In this document: piece after piece, positions 30,756 through 41,442 of the stretch | Layout: each line of letters opens with the position of its first letter | How positions within the stretch are numbered: position 1 is the stretch's first letter | Origin: Nanobdellota archaeon | GTDB lineage: Archaea; Nanobdellota; Nanobdellia; Pacearchaeales; GW2011-AR1 | NCBI GenBank assembly: GCA_038045945.1 | Contig: JBBSXC010000004.1 | Coordinates: forward strand, 96,001 to 160,000 | Direction of reading: 5' to 3' | DNA length: 64,000 nucleotides | Program-made: the position numbers and the translations under genes | The notes under the pieces: model-generated | What the model saw: the letters and a program-made list of their open reading frames with translations, nothing else | The model's database searches: none | Told to the model about the DNA's origin: nothing

Positions 30756-30795
30756 AGTTTTTTATATTACTCCTATAATGTATATAATGAATCAC

Positions 30796-30824
30796 TACCT
30801 TTAAATATTTGTATTTTAAAGGTA
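30796..30824. promoter_or_regulatory. Perfect 10-bp inverted repeat over the rpiB-rpe promoter
   Basis: TACCTTTAAA-N9-TTTAAAGGTA. Confidence 0.5.
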
Positions 30825-30924
30825 AAGCAATCCTCACCTCAAAAATTACATAATCAACTAGAAACAAGGGATTATAAGCGTTTTGGGTAACTATTCAGTT
30901 ACGAGAAAGCAATAATCTCTATCA

Positions 30925-31617
30925 TTAACCCTTTATTTTCTTAAGTTTCATATTAGTTAATTCTTCATAAAGAACAGAACCAATTATCCCAACCATTAAA
31001 CCATAAAGATATTCCTCAAGTGGAACACCCAGTAAGTAAATACCCCAGTTGCCATTAGGATTCCAGTTGTTGGCTACAAAACTAAAAAGTGCATTAAACA
31101 TAACTGTAGCAGAAATATACAAAAGACTGAATATTACAGAGGTCCAAACTATTTCTCTGAAAAGATCTGGCCTCATAAGAATAAGGTAGACGGAAATAAG
31201 CATTAATGCAAAGAGTGAAGTATGAATAAACGGTACGTCTAGTAATACTTTAAACAAAACTGTAACAACCCCTATGAATATCCCTAAACAAAAAATAATG
31301 TGCGGACTAATCCTAGTGGTCTTAGTGCCTCTTGCTCTTTTTAGTTTGTACCCTTTAATCTCCTTATAAAGGACTGCAGCTATGCCAAAAATAAAGAATA
31401 CGTGTAGCAAACTTTCAATGTCAAATAGACCGAAAAATTGATGAATAACTCGAGGTTGCCAATAATCAGGCACATAAAGCGCTTGGGTTAAACCACTCGG
31501 GATGAATATAAACCCAATAATTAACATTTCTTTTCTCAAATCTTTTCTTCTAATAAATAAGATGAGCCAAATTATTCCCAGAATAACTGATGACAATAAG
31601 TAAGGATAAGCTACCAT
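30925..31617 (-). CDS. Lycopene cyclase domain-containing membrane protein
   Basis: Duplicated unit: DYW.P...DIES and W...G.PLEEYL. Confidence 0.75.
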   Translation of the reverse strand: MVAYPYLLSSVILGIIWLILFIRRKDLRKEMLIIGFIFIPSGLTQALYVPDYWQPRVIHQFFGLFDIESLLHVFFIFGIAAVLYKEIKGYKLKRARGTKTTRISPHIIFCLGIFIGVVTVLFKVLLDVPFIHTSLFALMLISVYLILMRPDLFREIVWTSVIFSLLYISATVMFNALFSFVANNWNPNGNWGIYLLGVPLEEYLYGLMVGIIGSVLYEELTNMKLKKIKG

Positions 31618-31623
31618 TTTTCT

Positions 31624-32277
31624 TTAGAACAAACTTGCTAGCCCTTTAAGGAATTTTTCTTCGCTTCCAGGAGTAGCCGGTTTAGCAACAGCAGAAGCCA
31701 CGAGCACACCCTTACATCCAAGAATTATTGATTTAGCAACGTCATCAGCAGAGGAAATACCAGCACCACAAAGAGGAATAACATCAGTTTTTTCTAAAAG
31801 TTTAGCAAAAGAAGCAACAACAGTAGAATCCTCCTTAGTAACGCTCCTGCCAGAACCGATAAGTTTAGGATCCTCAAAAGCAATAGCGAAAGGCTTAAGC
31901 TTAAGAATTTTTTGCACGTCCTTAAGAGTAGAAGTGCAAATAATAGTTTTCAGACCAACAGAGTTACAACGATCAACAGTCCTCTTAATTAAAGAAAAAC
32001 TAAGTTTGTGCTCAGAATGATTAAGAATAGTGCCCTGAGCACCAACACCTGCTAAGCTTTCAGGGATAATAAAACCAGTAGACCTACCAGGTTCTTGAAG
32101 ATCCACATGTTGAGAGAAAACCGTAAGGTTAACTTCCTTAGCAATCTCCTTAACATCCAAGAAAGGCACCGCAATAATAGCACTGTTATAATAAATCTCA
32201 ATATTCCTAGCTAAGTCCAAAGCAGCCTTACCAGAAACATAATTCTTGAAATTAACAACAACTAAAGGCTTAGTCAT
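31624..32277 (-). CDS. tpiA: Triosephosphate isomerase (archaeal type)
   Basis: VNFKNY, QHVD, LNHSEH, AFE.P.LIG, GAGI. Confidence 0.93.
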   Translation of the reverse strand: MTKPLVVVNFKNYVSGKAALDLARNIEIYYNSAIIAVPFLDVKEIAKEVNLTVFSQHVDLQEPGRSTGFIIPESLAGVGAQGTILNHSEHKLSFSLIKRTVDRCNSVGLKTIICTSTLKDVQKILKLKPFAIAFEDPKLIGSGRSVTKEDSTVVASFAKLLEKTDVIPLCGAGISSADDVAKSIILGCKGVLVASAVAKPATPGSEEKFLKGLASLF

Positions 32278-33038
32278 TTTCCGAAAACGATACCTCGAAT
32301 TTTTTTACTAAGACTAACAGGATCATTACTCTTCCAAATGTTTCTACCAACAGCCACACCAAAAGCACCGCTAGCAACAACTTTTTTAGTATTACTAATA
32401 AACTCTTTTTCTGTAGTTTTTTCACCGCCAGCAAAAACAACTTTAGCCCTACCAGCAGCCTGGACAGCCCAGGACAAGTCACTAATAACCCCGTCTCCTT
32501 TAATCTTTATTAAGTCAGCATCAATTTCGAGTCCAATACGAGCAGCATAAGCCATTAGCTCTCTAGGAGACTTATCATTAACTACTTTACCCCTAGGATA
32601 AACCCAAGCAATAACAGGAACTTTCTCCTTATGAGCTTCACGTAAAATATCTTCAAATTCTTTAAGCATAATAGACTCATGTTTACTGCCAACATAGACA
32701 GTGTAACCAACAGCTTTAGCACCAAGACTTATTGCTTCACTAACAGAACAAATAGCACGAGATAAAGGCTCACCACCAGTTAGATTAGTCTTGCCATTAA
32801 GTTTGAGAATAAGAGGAACTTTACTAGCCTTAATCTCTTTATGATACTTATCAGCAATACCCTTATGAACAATCAAACCATTATAACCACCTCTTTTAGC
32901 AATATTAATAATTTCTAAAGGATCAACGTTAGTCTCATCAAACTCTTGCGGTCCGTGCTCAAAACCCTGATCATAAGCTAGATAAAAAGCCTTACCACCC
33001 TTAGAAACACTTTTAATATTAATCATTGTTAAATCCAT
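32274..33038 (-). CDS. fba: Class I fructose-bisphosphate aldolase (DhnA type)
   Basis: AYDQGFEHGP, W.YPRG, ADLIK, AGG, VGRNIW. Confidence 0.9.
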   Translation of the reverse strand: MDLTMINIKSVSKGGKAFYLAYDQGFEHGPQEFDETNVDPLEIINIAKRGGYNGLIVHKGIADKYHKEIKASKVPLILKLNGKTNLTGGEPLSRAICSVSEAISLGAKAVGYTVYVGSKHESIMLKEFEDILREAHKEKVPVIAWVYPRGKVVNDKSPRELMAYAARIGLEIDADLIKIKGDGVISDLSWAVQAAGRAKVVFAGGEKTTEKEFISNTKKVVASGAFGVAVGRNIWKSNDPVSLSKKIRGIVFGK

Positions 33039-33181
33039 TTATGAAATCATAATCAACTCTTTTAATAAATAAACAGTAGATTAAGGGATATAAAAATTTA
33101 TAGATTGAGCAAATAAGAACAGTAAAGACAAATATATAAAGCTATTATGGATTAGTAGACAATAAAAGGTGATATGAAAAA

Positions 33182-34045
33182 ATGTTTGAAATGCTTCTAA
33201 ACCCAAAAAGGGCTGAAAGACACCCAATGGAAATGTTCCTAGTAGGAATAGTATACGCTTCTCTTTCAGTATTATTAGTAAGGTGGATATTCTCACAAGA
33301 CGCAGTACTATCAAACTATTCAGGAATACTAATAGTAACATTCACAGTAATGTTCTCATTACCATTCATGTATTACGCGATAAAGAATGAAGAACAAAAA
33401 GATTTAGAACAATCAGGATTCGTAAAATTATTATTACAACACGGAAGAGCACTATCAATGTTCATATGGTTATTCCTAGGATTCATAGTAGCTTACGCAT
33501 TCTGGCAAATATTATTCGCAGGAAGCGGACTACTAGACGCACAAGTAAGTGTTTATTGTCAAATCAACAGGCCTTCACCTTCAGCATTCCAAAACTGCTT
33601 AGAACAATACGGAGTAGCAGGACTGAAAAAAACTACTGGTTTCATAACAGCTAAAGAAAAAGTATTCATGATATTCGCAAACAACATTTACGTACTAATA
33701 TTCACGCTACTATTCTCACTAATATTCGGAGCAGGAGCAATATTCATATTATCATGGAATGCTAGCGTAATAGCAGCAGCCATAGGAATATTCACAAAGT
33801 CAGAACTAAAAAGTTTACCCCTAGGACTGGCACGGTACTTAATACACGGAATACCAGAAATAGCAGCATACTTTATAGGAGCAATGGCTGGAGGAATAAT
33901 AAGCGTAGCAGTCATAAGACGCGACATGGCAAAAGGAAAATTTTGGGACATACTACAAGACTCACTAAACCTAGTAATACTAGCAGTAGTAGTATTATTC
34001 ATAGCAGCAATAATAGAAGTATTCATAACACCAATGCTATTCTAA
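33182..34045 (+). CDS. Stage II sporulation protein M (SpoIIM/DUF95) family membrane protein
   Basis: IF.NN, WNA, HGIPEI, AA.IEVFITP. Confidence 0.85.
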   Translation: MFEMLLNPKRAERHPMEMFLVGIVYASLSVLLVRWIFSQDAVLSNYSGILIVTFTVMFSLPFMYYAIKNEEQKDLEQSGFVKLLLQHGRALSMFIWLFLGFIVAYAFWQILFAGSGLLDAQVSVYCQINRPSPSAFQNCLEQYGVAGLKKTTGFITAKEKVFMIFANNIYVLIFTLLFSLIFGAGAIFILSWNASVIAAAIGIFTKSELKSLPLGLARYLIHGIPEIAAYFIGAMAGGIISVAVIRRDMAKGKFWDILQDSLNLVILAVVVLFIAAIIEVFITPMLF

Positions 34046-34548
34046 AAATAGCCAACAGAACACTGAGTAAAAACATCTGGAGCTACCCTAACAGAATGAA
34101 TTTTTGTAGACCTAACAAGGGAGGAGCCAAAAGAATGATTAATCTCATAAACCTCTAACTCCATTTTCTTATAAGGAAGGTAAGCACCAATAAGCCTAGG
34201 AGGCTGATCAAAATTAGACTGAAGAAAATTATAAGCTCCAGAAAGCTGAGGATTAATAACTCTTCTAATTCTTCCATCCTGAGCACCATGAGAAGCTTTA
34301 GCTTCAAAAACAAACATTTCTTCTGGAGAGAAAAAAACTAGGTCTAAACAACCTAGGTCTTGAGTACCACTGCTTCTACAAAGAACTTCTTTAAAAACCA
34401 AAAAATCCCTCGGCGTACGAGAAAAAAGCCCTAATATTCGAGGGTTTAGACGTTCGATGATGTTAACAACCCTTTTATGAGCTCTTCTTCCACCCATACC
34501 CCTACCACAATTATCTTGATGAGTTTGCAAATATTCAAGAAGTTGCAT
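34042..34548 (-). CDS. Hypothetical protein with PD-(D/E)XK nuclease-like motif
   Basis: EV...DLV...FEAK...QL pattern. Confidence 0.55.
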   Translation of the reverse strand: MQLLEYLQTHQDNCGRGMGGRRAHKRVVNIIERLNPRILGLFSRTPRDFLVFKEVLCRSSGTQDLGCLDLVFFSPEEMFVFEAKASHGAQDGRIRRVINPQLSGAYNFLQSNFDQPPRLIGAYLPYKKMELEVYEINHSFGSSLVRSTKIHSVRVAPDVFTQCSVGYF

Positions 34549-34666
34549 TAAAAAAGGCCATAAACAAAATTTATAATTATATCTATAACACAAAAAGGAT
34601 ATTCTAAGACCCTAATAGAACCTTTAATCATAACATTTATAATAGGCATTATGATTCTTCTTTTAA

Positions 34667-37390
34667 ATGTCTGACGATAATAACAACTACTTATTAGAAG
34701 AAAGAAAAAAGAGAATAAAAGATTTTCTAAAAAACAAAACATTAACAGTTTATTTAGCACTACTAGCAATAGTAATATGGATTGCTAGCTGGATAAGAAC
34801 AAGAAACCTTTACGGACTAAAAGACGTAACGACGGGAGGATGGACATTAGGGCCGGACTTAGACCCTTTCCTTTTCTTAAGATGGGCAAAATACATAGTA
34901 GAGCATGGAAGCATAATGGCACACGACATTATGAGATACGCACCAGTAGGATACGACACTAGCGGAGAACTAAACTTAATAACATACTCAATAGTCTGGT
35001 TCCACAAAATAATAAGCATATTCGGCACATACAGTGTAGAATACGCAGCAGTGATAGTACCAGTAGTAATATTTGCATTAGTAATAATAGCGTGTTTCTT
35101 TTTTGTTAGAGAAATATTTAGAGGAAGATTCGAAAATAAACACTTACCAAACATAATAGCACTGTTATCATCATTCTTTATATCAGTAATACCATCATTA
35201 CTACCAAGAACAATAGCAGGAATACCAGAAAAAGAGGGCTTGGGATTCTTATTCATGTTCATAGCGTTATACTTCTACATAAAAGCATGGAATAGTGAAA
35301 AAAATAAGTCATCAATAATAAACTCCGTATTAGCGGGAATAGGAACAGCACTAATGGCTCACTCATGGGGAGGAGTACAATACTTATACATAACAATAGC
35401 GCTAGCAACGTTATTTTCTTACCTAATGGGAGTGATGAAGAACAAACACTACTATGTGTATTGTACATGGGTTATAACAAGTTTAGCATTATTATTACCT
35501 TTCACAGGCCGTTTCACAGTATCACAATTCTTAACATCAACATCAACAGGGATGATGCTAGGAATATTTGGATTCTTAGTAGTTGACTACATAATAAAAG
35601 AAACAAGAATAGAAAAAAAGTATTTAGAAAAATATGAACACAAAATACCAAGACAAATATTGTCTATGATCATAGCAATAATAATAAGTGTAATACTAGT
35701 AAGCATAAGCGTAGGACCATCAATACTAACGACTTTCATAACAGAAAGCGTTAAGAGCTTAATATACCCCTACTCTGACAGGTTATCATTTACAGTAGCA
35801 GAGAATAGACAACCATTTTTCACCAGCGAATGGAGAGGAGAATTCGGACCAAACATAAGCGGAATACCAATATTTTTTTGGTTATTCTTTATAGGATCAA
35901 TATACTTATTCTACCAAATGACTTCACCAATAGAAAGAAAGAAAAGGATAACACTAGTAGGAGCATACACCTTATTCTTATTCGCACTAATATTCAGCAA
36001 GTACAGCGGAAGTAGCGTTCTAAACGGAACAAGCGGAATAAGCAGATTCATATACTTTGGAGGGATAATAATATTATTAGGAGTATTCGCACACTTAGTA
36101 TGGGGATACTTCAAAAGAAAGGATTTAGAAACATTAACAAAAATATCATTTTCAGAAATATTGTTATTCACACTATTCTTCATAACAATACTTGGATCAA
36201 GAAGCGCAATAAGACTAATGATGGTTTTAGGAATACCAGCAGCCATAATAGTGTCATATTTTATAATAACAATAACAAGTAAAGCAATAGAAAAAAAGAA
36301 TGATAAATCAAGATTAACATGGTTCATTATAGCAGGAATAATACTAATAGCAGCAATATACACTAGCCAAAACTATTACATGACAAGCTATTACCAAGCA
36401 AGCAGTTTCGTGCCAAACACTTACACACAACAATGGCAAAAAGCAATGTCATGGGTAAGAGATAACACACCAGAAGGAGCAATATTCGCACACTGGTGGG
36501 ATTACGGATACTGGGTCCAGAGCATAGGCCTAAGAGCGACAATAGTAGACGGGGGAAACGCACACGTATACTGGAATTATTTAGTAGGGAGACACTTCCT
36601 AACAAGTCCATCAAAAACAGACGCACTAGAATTCTTATACACACACGAAGTAACACATGTACTTATTGACTCAACAGATATAGGAAAATACTCAGCGTTC
36701 TCAAACATAGGAAGCGACGAGAACTATGACAGAGCATCATTCATACCACTAATAGGACTAGACCAAAGATCAACACAAGAAACAGCAAACAGCACAACAT
36801 ACCTGTACCAAGCAGGATTCGCAATAGAAGGAGACATAATATACAACCAAACAGACGGACAAAAAATCTTCCTACCAGCAGGAAGAGCAGGAATAGCAGG
36901 AGTATTATTCACAATGACAAATGAAAGCTTAGCAGCACCAGAAGCAGTATTCGTAGATCAGGGAATACAGTACAGAGTACCATTAAGATACGTATACTAC
37001 AAACAAAGACTTTATGACTTCGGCAGAGGACTAGAAGCAGGAATACAAATAATACCAACAGTAACACAAACAGCAACAGGGATAGAAATAATGCCAATAG
37101 GCAGTGCGTTATACTTAAGCCCAAGAACAATAAACTCAAACTTAGTAAGACTATACTTATTCGGAGAAGAAGGAGAAGGATTCAACATAGCCCACTCAGA
37201 AGACGACCAAATAGTAACAAGCCTAAAACAACAAGGAGCAGACGTAAACGACTTCGTAAACTTTAACGGCTTACGAGGACCAATAAAAATATGGGAAGTA
37301 GACTACTCAGTTTACCCAGGAATAAAAGAAAAACCAGAATACTTAGAACTAGAATATCCGGACAAAAACGTACAATACGTTAAGCAATAA
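34667..37390 (+). CDS. aglB: Oligosaccharyltransferase AglB/STT3
   Basis: DLDP, TVAE, WWDYG, D.GK; many TM helices. Confidence 0.95.
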   Translation: MSDDNNNYLLEERKKRIKDFLKNKTLTVYLALLAIVIWIASWIRTRNLYGLKDVTTGGWTLGPDLDPFLFLRWAKYIVEHGSIMAHDIMRYAPVGYDTSGELNLITYSIVWFHKIISIFGTYSVEYAAVIVPVVIFALVIIACFFFVREIFRGRFENKHLPNIIALLSSFFISVIPSLLPRTIAGIPEKEGLGFLFMFIALYFYIKAWNSEKNKSSIINSVLAGIGTALMAHSWGGVQYLYITIALATLFSYLMGVMKNKHYYVYCTWVITSLALLLPFTGRFTVSQFLTSTSTGMMLGIFGFLVVDYIIKETRIEKKYLEKYEHKIPRQILSMIIAIIISVILVSISVGPSILTTFITESVKSLIYPYSDRLSFTVAENRQPFFTSEWRGEFGPNISGIPIFFWLFFIGSIYLFYQMTSPIERKKRITLVGAYTLFLFALIFSKYSGSSVLNGTSGISRFIYFGGIIILLGVFAHLVWGYFKRKDLETLTKISFSEILLFTLFFITILGSRSAIRLMMVLGIPAAIIVSYFIITITSKAIEKKNDKSRLTWFIIAGIILIAAIYTSQNYYMTSYYQASSFVPNTYTQQWQKAMSWVRDNTPEGAIFAHWWDYGYWVQSIGLRATIVDGGNAHVYWNYLVGRHFLTSPSKTDALEFLYTHEVTHVLIDSTDIGKYSAFSNIGSDENYDRASFIPLIGLDQRSTQETANSTTYLYQAGFAIEGDIIYNQTDGQKIFLPAGRAGIAGVLFTMTNESLAAPEAVFVDQGIQYRVPLRYVYYKQRLYDFGRGLEAGIQIIPTVTQTATGIEIMPIGSALYLSPRTINSNLVRLYLFGEEGEGFNIAHSEDDQIVTSLKQQGADVNDFVNFNGLRGPIKIWEVDYSVYPGIKEKPEYLELEYPDKNVQYVKQ

Positions 37391-37398
37391 AAAAAAAG

Positions 37399-38400
37399 AT
37401 GGAACTAATACTAATAATACCATTACTAATAAGCTTAGCAACAACTCTACTATTCCTGCCAAAATGGATTGGCAAAGCATCAAAGATAGGACTAATTTGG
37501 GAGAATATGAACAAGTACACAAGAAAACCACTAATAGCAGGAAGCGGAGGAATAACATTCATATCAGGATTCATAATAGGACTATTAGTATACATAGCAA
37601 TAAACACATTCTACTTCAAAAGCAGCCAGAACGTAATAGGAATATTCGGATTAACAACAGCAATACTAATATTAGCAATGATAGGATTCGCAGACGACTT
37701 AATGGGTTGGAGAAGCGGAGGACTAAGTAAAAAATTAAGAATGGTGCTATGCTTATTCGCAGCAATACCACTAATAGTAATAAATTCAGGAGTATCACAA
37801 TTATCAATACCAATAATAGGAACAGTAAGCTTCGGAATACTATACGCAATAATAGCAATACCCATAGGGATAGTAGCAACATCAACAACATTTAACATGC
37901 TAGCAGGATACAACGGCCTGGAAGCAGGACAGGGAATAATAATACTAACAGCATTAGGAATATCAACATACGCAACAGGAAACCCTTGGCTCGCATTCGT
38001 ATGCGCATTAGCAGTAGCAGCACTAATACCATTCTGGTTTTATAATAAGTACCCAGCAAAAGTATTAGGAGGAGACGTACTAACATACCCAATAGGAGGA
38101 CTAATAGGAATAATAGCAATACTAGGAAACATAGAAAAAATAGCAGTAATATTCTTCATACCATACATAATAGAAGTAATACTAAAAGTAAGAGGAGGAC
38201 TCCAGAAACAATCATTCGGAAAACCAGACAAGAATGATAACCTAAGCCTGCCATACACAAAAATCTACGGTTTAGAACACTTCGCAATACTAATACTAAA
38301 CAGGACAAAGAAAGAAGTAAGAGAAAAGGATGTAGTCTGGCTAATACACGCAATACAACTAATATTCGTGATAATAGGCCTTGGAGTATTAGCATACTAA
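37399..38400 (+). CDS. Polyprenyl-phosphate GlcNAc-1-phosphate transferase (MraY/GPT, AglH-like)
   Basis: GFADD, NMLAGYNGLEAG, NKYPAKV.GD. Confidence 0.9.
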   Translation: MELILIIPLLISLATTLLFLPKWIGKASKIGLIWENMNKYTRKPLIAGSGGITFISGFIIGLLVYIAINTFYFKSSQNVIGIFGLTTAILILAMIGFADDLMGWRSGGLSKKLRMVLCLFAAIPLIVINSGVSQLSIPIIGTVSFGILYAIIAIPIGIVATSTTFNMLAGYNGLEAGQGIIILTALGISTYATGNPWLAFVCALAVAALIPFWFYNKYPAKVLGGDVLTYPIGGLIGIIAILGNIEKIAVIFFIPYIIEVILKVRGGLQKQSFGKPDKNDNLSLPYTKIYGLEHFAILILNRTKKEVREKDVVWLIHAIQLIFVIIGLGVLAY

Positions 38401-38402
38401 CA

Positions 38403-39695
38403 ATGATAAAAAAGTCATTTTTAAGAATTAAGAATGACAAATTAGTAAGAGGAAGCTTCACACTACTAATAGCAATAGGAATATTCAACCTGTTCGGATT
38501 CTTATTCCACACAATAATGGCAAGAATGCTCTCAACAGCAGATTACGGAGTGTTCGCAAGCCTAATGGCAATAATATTCATTTTAGGAATACCATCAGAA
38601 GCAATACAAACATGGATGTCAAGAATAGTATCAAGAAACAAAAATAATGAAATAGTAAGAGGAATACTAGAATACGCAATAAAAAAATACTTTAAAATAT
38701 CAATAATAATAGTTGGAATTGGAGCATTATCAACAATAATTCTTTCAGAGGTACTACAAATACCGTCAGCACTAATAATAATATCAATAGCGATACTATT
38801 CGCACTATTCTTAATACCGCTAACAAGAGGAATAATGCAAGGAGAAAAAGACTTCAAAAATTTAGGCTTAAGCATGATAATAGAAGCAACACTAAAACTA
38901 CTAATAGCGCTAACACTAGTAAAATACCTCAACTTAGGAGTTTACGGAGCAATGTTAGGAGTAATAATAACAATGATACTAACACTATACTTCTCATTCA
39001 AACAAATAAGATCAGTAGGAATAAGAAAAATAGCATTAAGCGAAGTAGTAAAATCTAAAGCAGAAACCTACAACAAACACAATTCTAACACTAATGAAAA
39101 CACCCCAATATGGATAATTATGTCAACAATACTAATATTTTTCAGCATGGACATACTAGTAGCAAAATCAATATTCACAGCAGAAATAGCAGGACAATAC
39201 GCAGTAATATCAATAATAGGAAAAATAATCTTTTTCGCTAGCAACTCAGTAAGCAAAGCAATGTTCCCAATGTCAAGCGAAGACCACAACAAAGAGAAAA
39301 GAAATCTCAAAATAATAAAAAAATCATTATTAATGACAATGATAATAATAATCTTAGGGTTAGGAGCAGTAGCATTATTCCCACAAACAATAGTATCATT
39401 ATTATTCGGAAACAATTATGTAGAATCAGCAGGAATACTACTAGCAACAGCGATATCATTCAGCTTACTATCATTAACAAACCTTTTCTTACTACACGCA
39501 ATATCAACAAACCTAACAAGCAGATACTCATACATACTAATAATATTCCCAATACTACAAATAATAATACTACCATTAGCAACAACGCTAAAAGATTTCT
39601 CTATAGCATTATTATTACTTAACACACTGCTACTAGCAGCAGCAGCAATCATCTGGATAGCCAGAGTTTTGAATAAGTATAAAAGCGATAAATGA
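38403..39695 (+). CDS. Oligosaccharide flippase (Wzx/MOP family)
   Basis: About 12 TM; ARMLS.ADYG, RGIMQG, AG.YA, MFP. Confidence 0.85.
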   Translation: MIKKSFLRIKNDKLVRGSFTLLIAIGIFNLFGFLFHTIMARMLSTADYGVFASLMAIIFILGIPSEAIQTWMSRIVSRNKNNEIVRGILEYAIKKYFKISIIIVGIGALSTIILSEVLQIPSALIIISIAILFALFLIPLTRGIMQGEKDFKNLGLSMIIEATLKLLIALTLVKYLNLGVYGAMLGVIITMILTLYFSFKQIRSVGIRKIALSEVVKSKAETYNKHNSNTNENTPIWIIMSTILIFFSMDILVAKSIFTAEIAGQYAVISIIGKIIFFASNSVSKAMFPMSSEDHNKEKRNLKIIKKSLLMTMIIIILGLGAVALFPQTIVSLLFGNNYVESAGILLATAISFSLLSLTNLFLLHAISTNLTSRYSYILIIFPILQIIILPLATTLKDFSIALLLLNTLLLAAAAIIWIARVLNKYKSDK

Positions 39696-39756
39696 GACAA
39701 AGAACAATGAAAACGAATACATTTTCAAGCATTAAACTTGAATCAAGTTTAACAAT

Positions 39757-40512
39757 ATGAAAAAAATAGCAATAATAATACCAGCTTATAACGAAGAAAG
39801 AAGAATAGGACCAACACTACAATCATACTCACAATACTTCGATGAAATAAAAAAGAAAAAGTTATTAGACTACAAAATAATAGTAGTGATAAACAACACA
39901 AACGACAAAACACCAGAAATAGTAGAAAAATACCACAAAAATAACAAGAATATAGAATACTTCGAAATAAAAAGAGGTGGTAAGGGAGGAGCAATAATTG
40001 AAGGATTCAAAAAAGCATTAAGATCAGACTTTGATTACTTAGCATTCATTGACGCAGACATGGCAACAAGCCCAGAATCATTCTATGAACTAGTAAAAAA
40101 CATGGAAGAAAACCACGCAGTAATAGCAAGCAGGTACATGCCAGGATCAGTAGTAAAACCAAAACAAAGCATGCAAAGAATACTAGCATCAAGAATATTT
40201 AACACATGGATAAAAGCAACACTATTCCTAAACTACAATGACACGCAATGCGGAGCAAAAATATTCCAAAGAGAAGCAATAGAAAGAGTACTACCACACC
40301 TGTCAGTACTAGAATACGCATTTGACGTAGACTTATTATACACACTAAAAAAGTTAGGGTATAGCGCAAAAGAAGTACCAACAGTATGGAGCGATAAGAA
40401 TTACTCAAAAGTAAACTTTGTGAATTCAGGACCAAAAATGGCATTAACAGTACTAAAACTAAGAATGCTAAACTCACCACTAAAAATATTTTTTAGAAGC
40501 GAGAAAAAATGA
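39757..40512 (+). CDS. GT2, dolichyl-phosphate hexosyltransferase-like
   Basis: IPAYNEE, GKGGA, DAD, DTQCGAK, FDVDL. Confidence 0.9.
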   Translation: MKKIAIIIPAYNEERRIGPTLQSYSQYFDEIKKKKLLDYKIIVVINNTNDKTPEIVEKYHKNNKNIEYFEIKRGGKGGAIIEGFKKALRSDFDYLAFIDADMATSPESFYELVKNMEENHAVIASRYMPGSVVKPKQSMQRILASRIFNTWIKATLFLNYNDTQCGAKIFQREAIERVLPHLSVLEYAFDVDLLYTLKKLGYSAKEVPTVWSDKNYSKVNFVNSGPKMALTVLKLRMLNSPLKIFFRSEKK

Positions 40513-41423
40513 AAAGACTCACAATAATAATACCAGCACCACTAGATAAAAATTTACCAATAGAAGTAACAAAAACTATTGACAAAAAAAAGGTAGAAAT
40601 AATAATAGAAAGGGGAAATAACCCATCAATTAACAGAAACAGAGGAATAAAAAAAGCTAAAACAGAACTAGTAGCGTTCACTAATATCCACTCAAAACTA
40701 GCAAAAAATTGGTATGAAGAAGTAATAAAGTTTTTTGATAAAAACAAAGAGGTATCAGCAGTTGGAGGACCACAATTCACAGAAAACGATGGAAAAGCAT
40801 TTCAAAGAGCAAGCGGACACGCACTAAAATCACCATTCGGTTCAGCAGTCGTAAGCAAAAGGTACAAAGAAAACAAAGAAAATTTGGATTCAGACGAAAC
40901 AGAAATAACAAGCGCAAACCTAATATGCCGTAAAAGCGTATTTGAAAAAGTTATTTTTAACGAAAAATTATACCCTGGAGAAGACCCGAAATTTGTTGAA
41001 GACATAAAAAATGTAGGGTTCAAAGTAGCTTATTCACCAAGAATAGTAGCTTATAATCAAAGAAGGCCGGGAATAATGGCCTTAGCAAAACAAATATACA
41101 ATTATGGGGTTGTAAGACCAAAAAAAGAAAGCGTTAAGAAAACGCTAGCAAAACCTTACTTTTTTGTGCCAACAATATTCATAATATACTTATTATCAAT
41201 AATACCCCTAACAACAATATCAAAATACTTCCTAATACCACTATGGGCTTACATAATACTCAACATCATAGTAATGACTAAGACCTACATAAAAACTAAC
41301 GACCTAGAAGCAGCAATAATGCTGCCAGTAGTATTCTTAACAATCCACGTTTCTTACGGTTTTGGGATATTCCAAGGCTTAGTAAACAAAATTTTCAGCC
41401 CTGGAGAAAGAGTTTATAAATAG
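40509..41423 (+). CDS. GT2 family glycosyltransferase with C-terminal TM helices
   Basis: RN.G, VGGP, ANL, GED. Confidence 0.82.
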   Translation: MKRLTIIIPAPLDKNLPIEVTKTIDKKKVEIIIERGNNPSINRNRGIKKAKTELVAFTNIHSKLAKNWYEEVIKFFDKNKEVSAVGGPQFTENDGKAFQRASGHALKSPFGSAVVSKRYKENKENLDSDETEITSANLICRKSVFEKVIFNEKLYPGEDPKFVEDIKNVGFKVAYSPRIVAYNQRRPGIMALAKQIYNYGVVRPKKESVKKTLAKPYFFVPTIFIIYLLSIIPLTTISKYFLIPLWAYIILNIIVMTKTYIKTNDLEAAIMLPVVFLTIHVSYGFGIFQGLVNKIFSPGERVYK

Positions 41424-41442
41424 TAATGATGAATCACCACTG

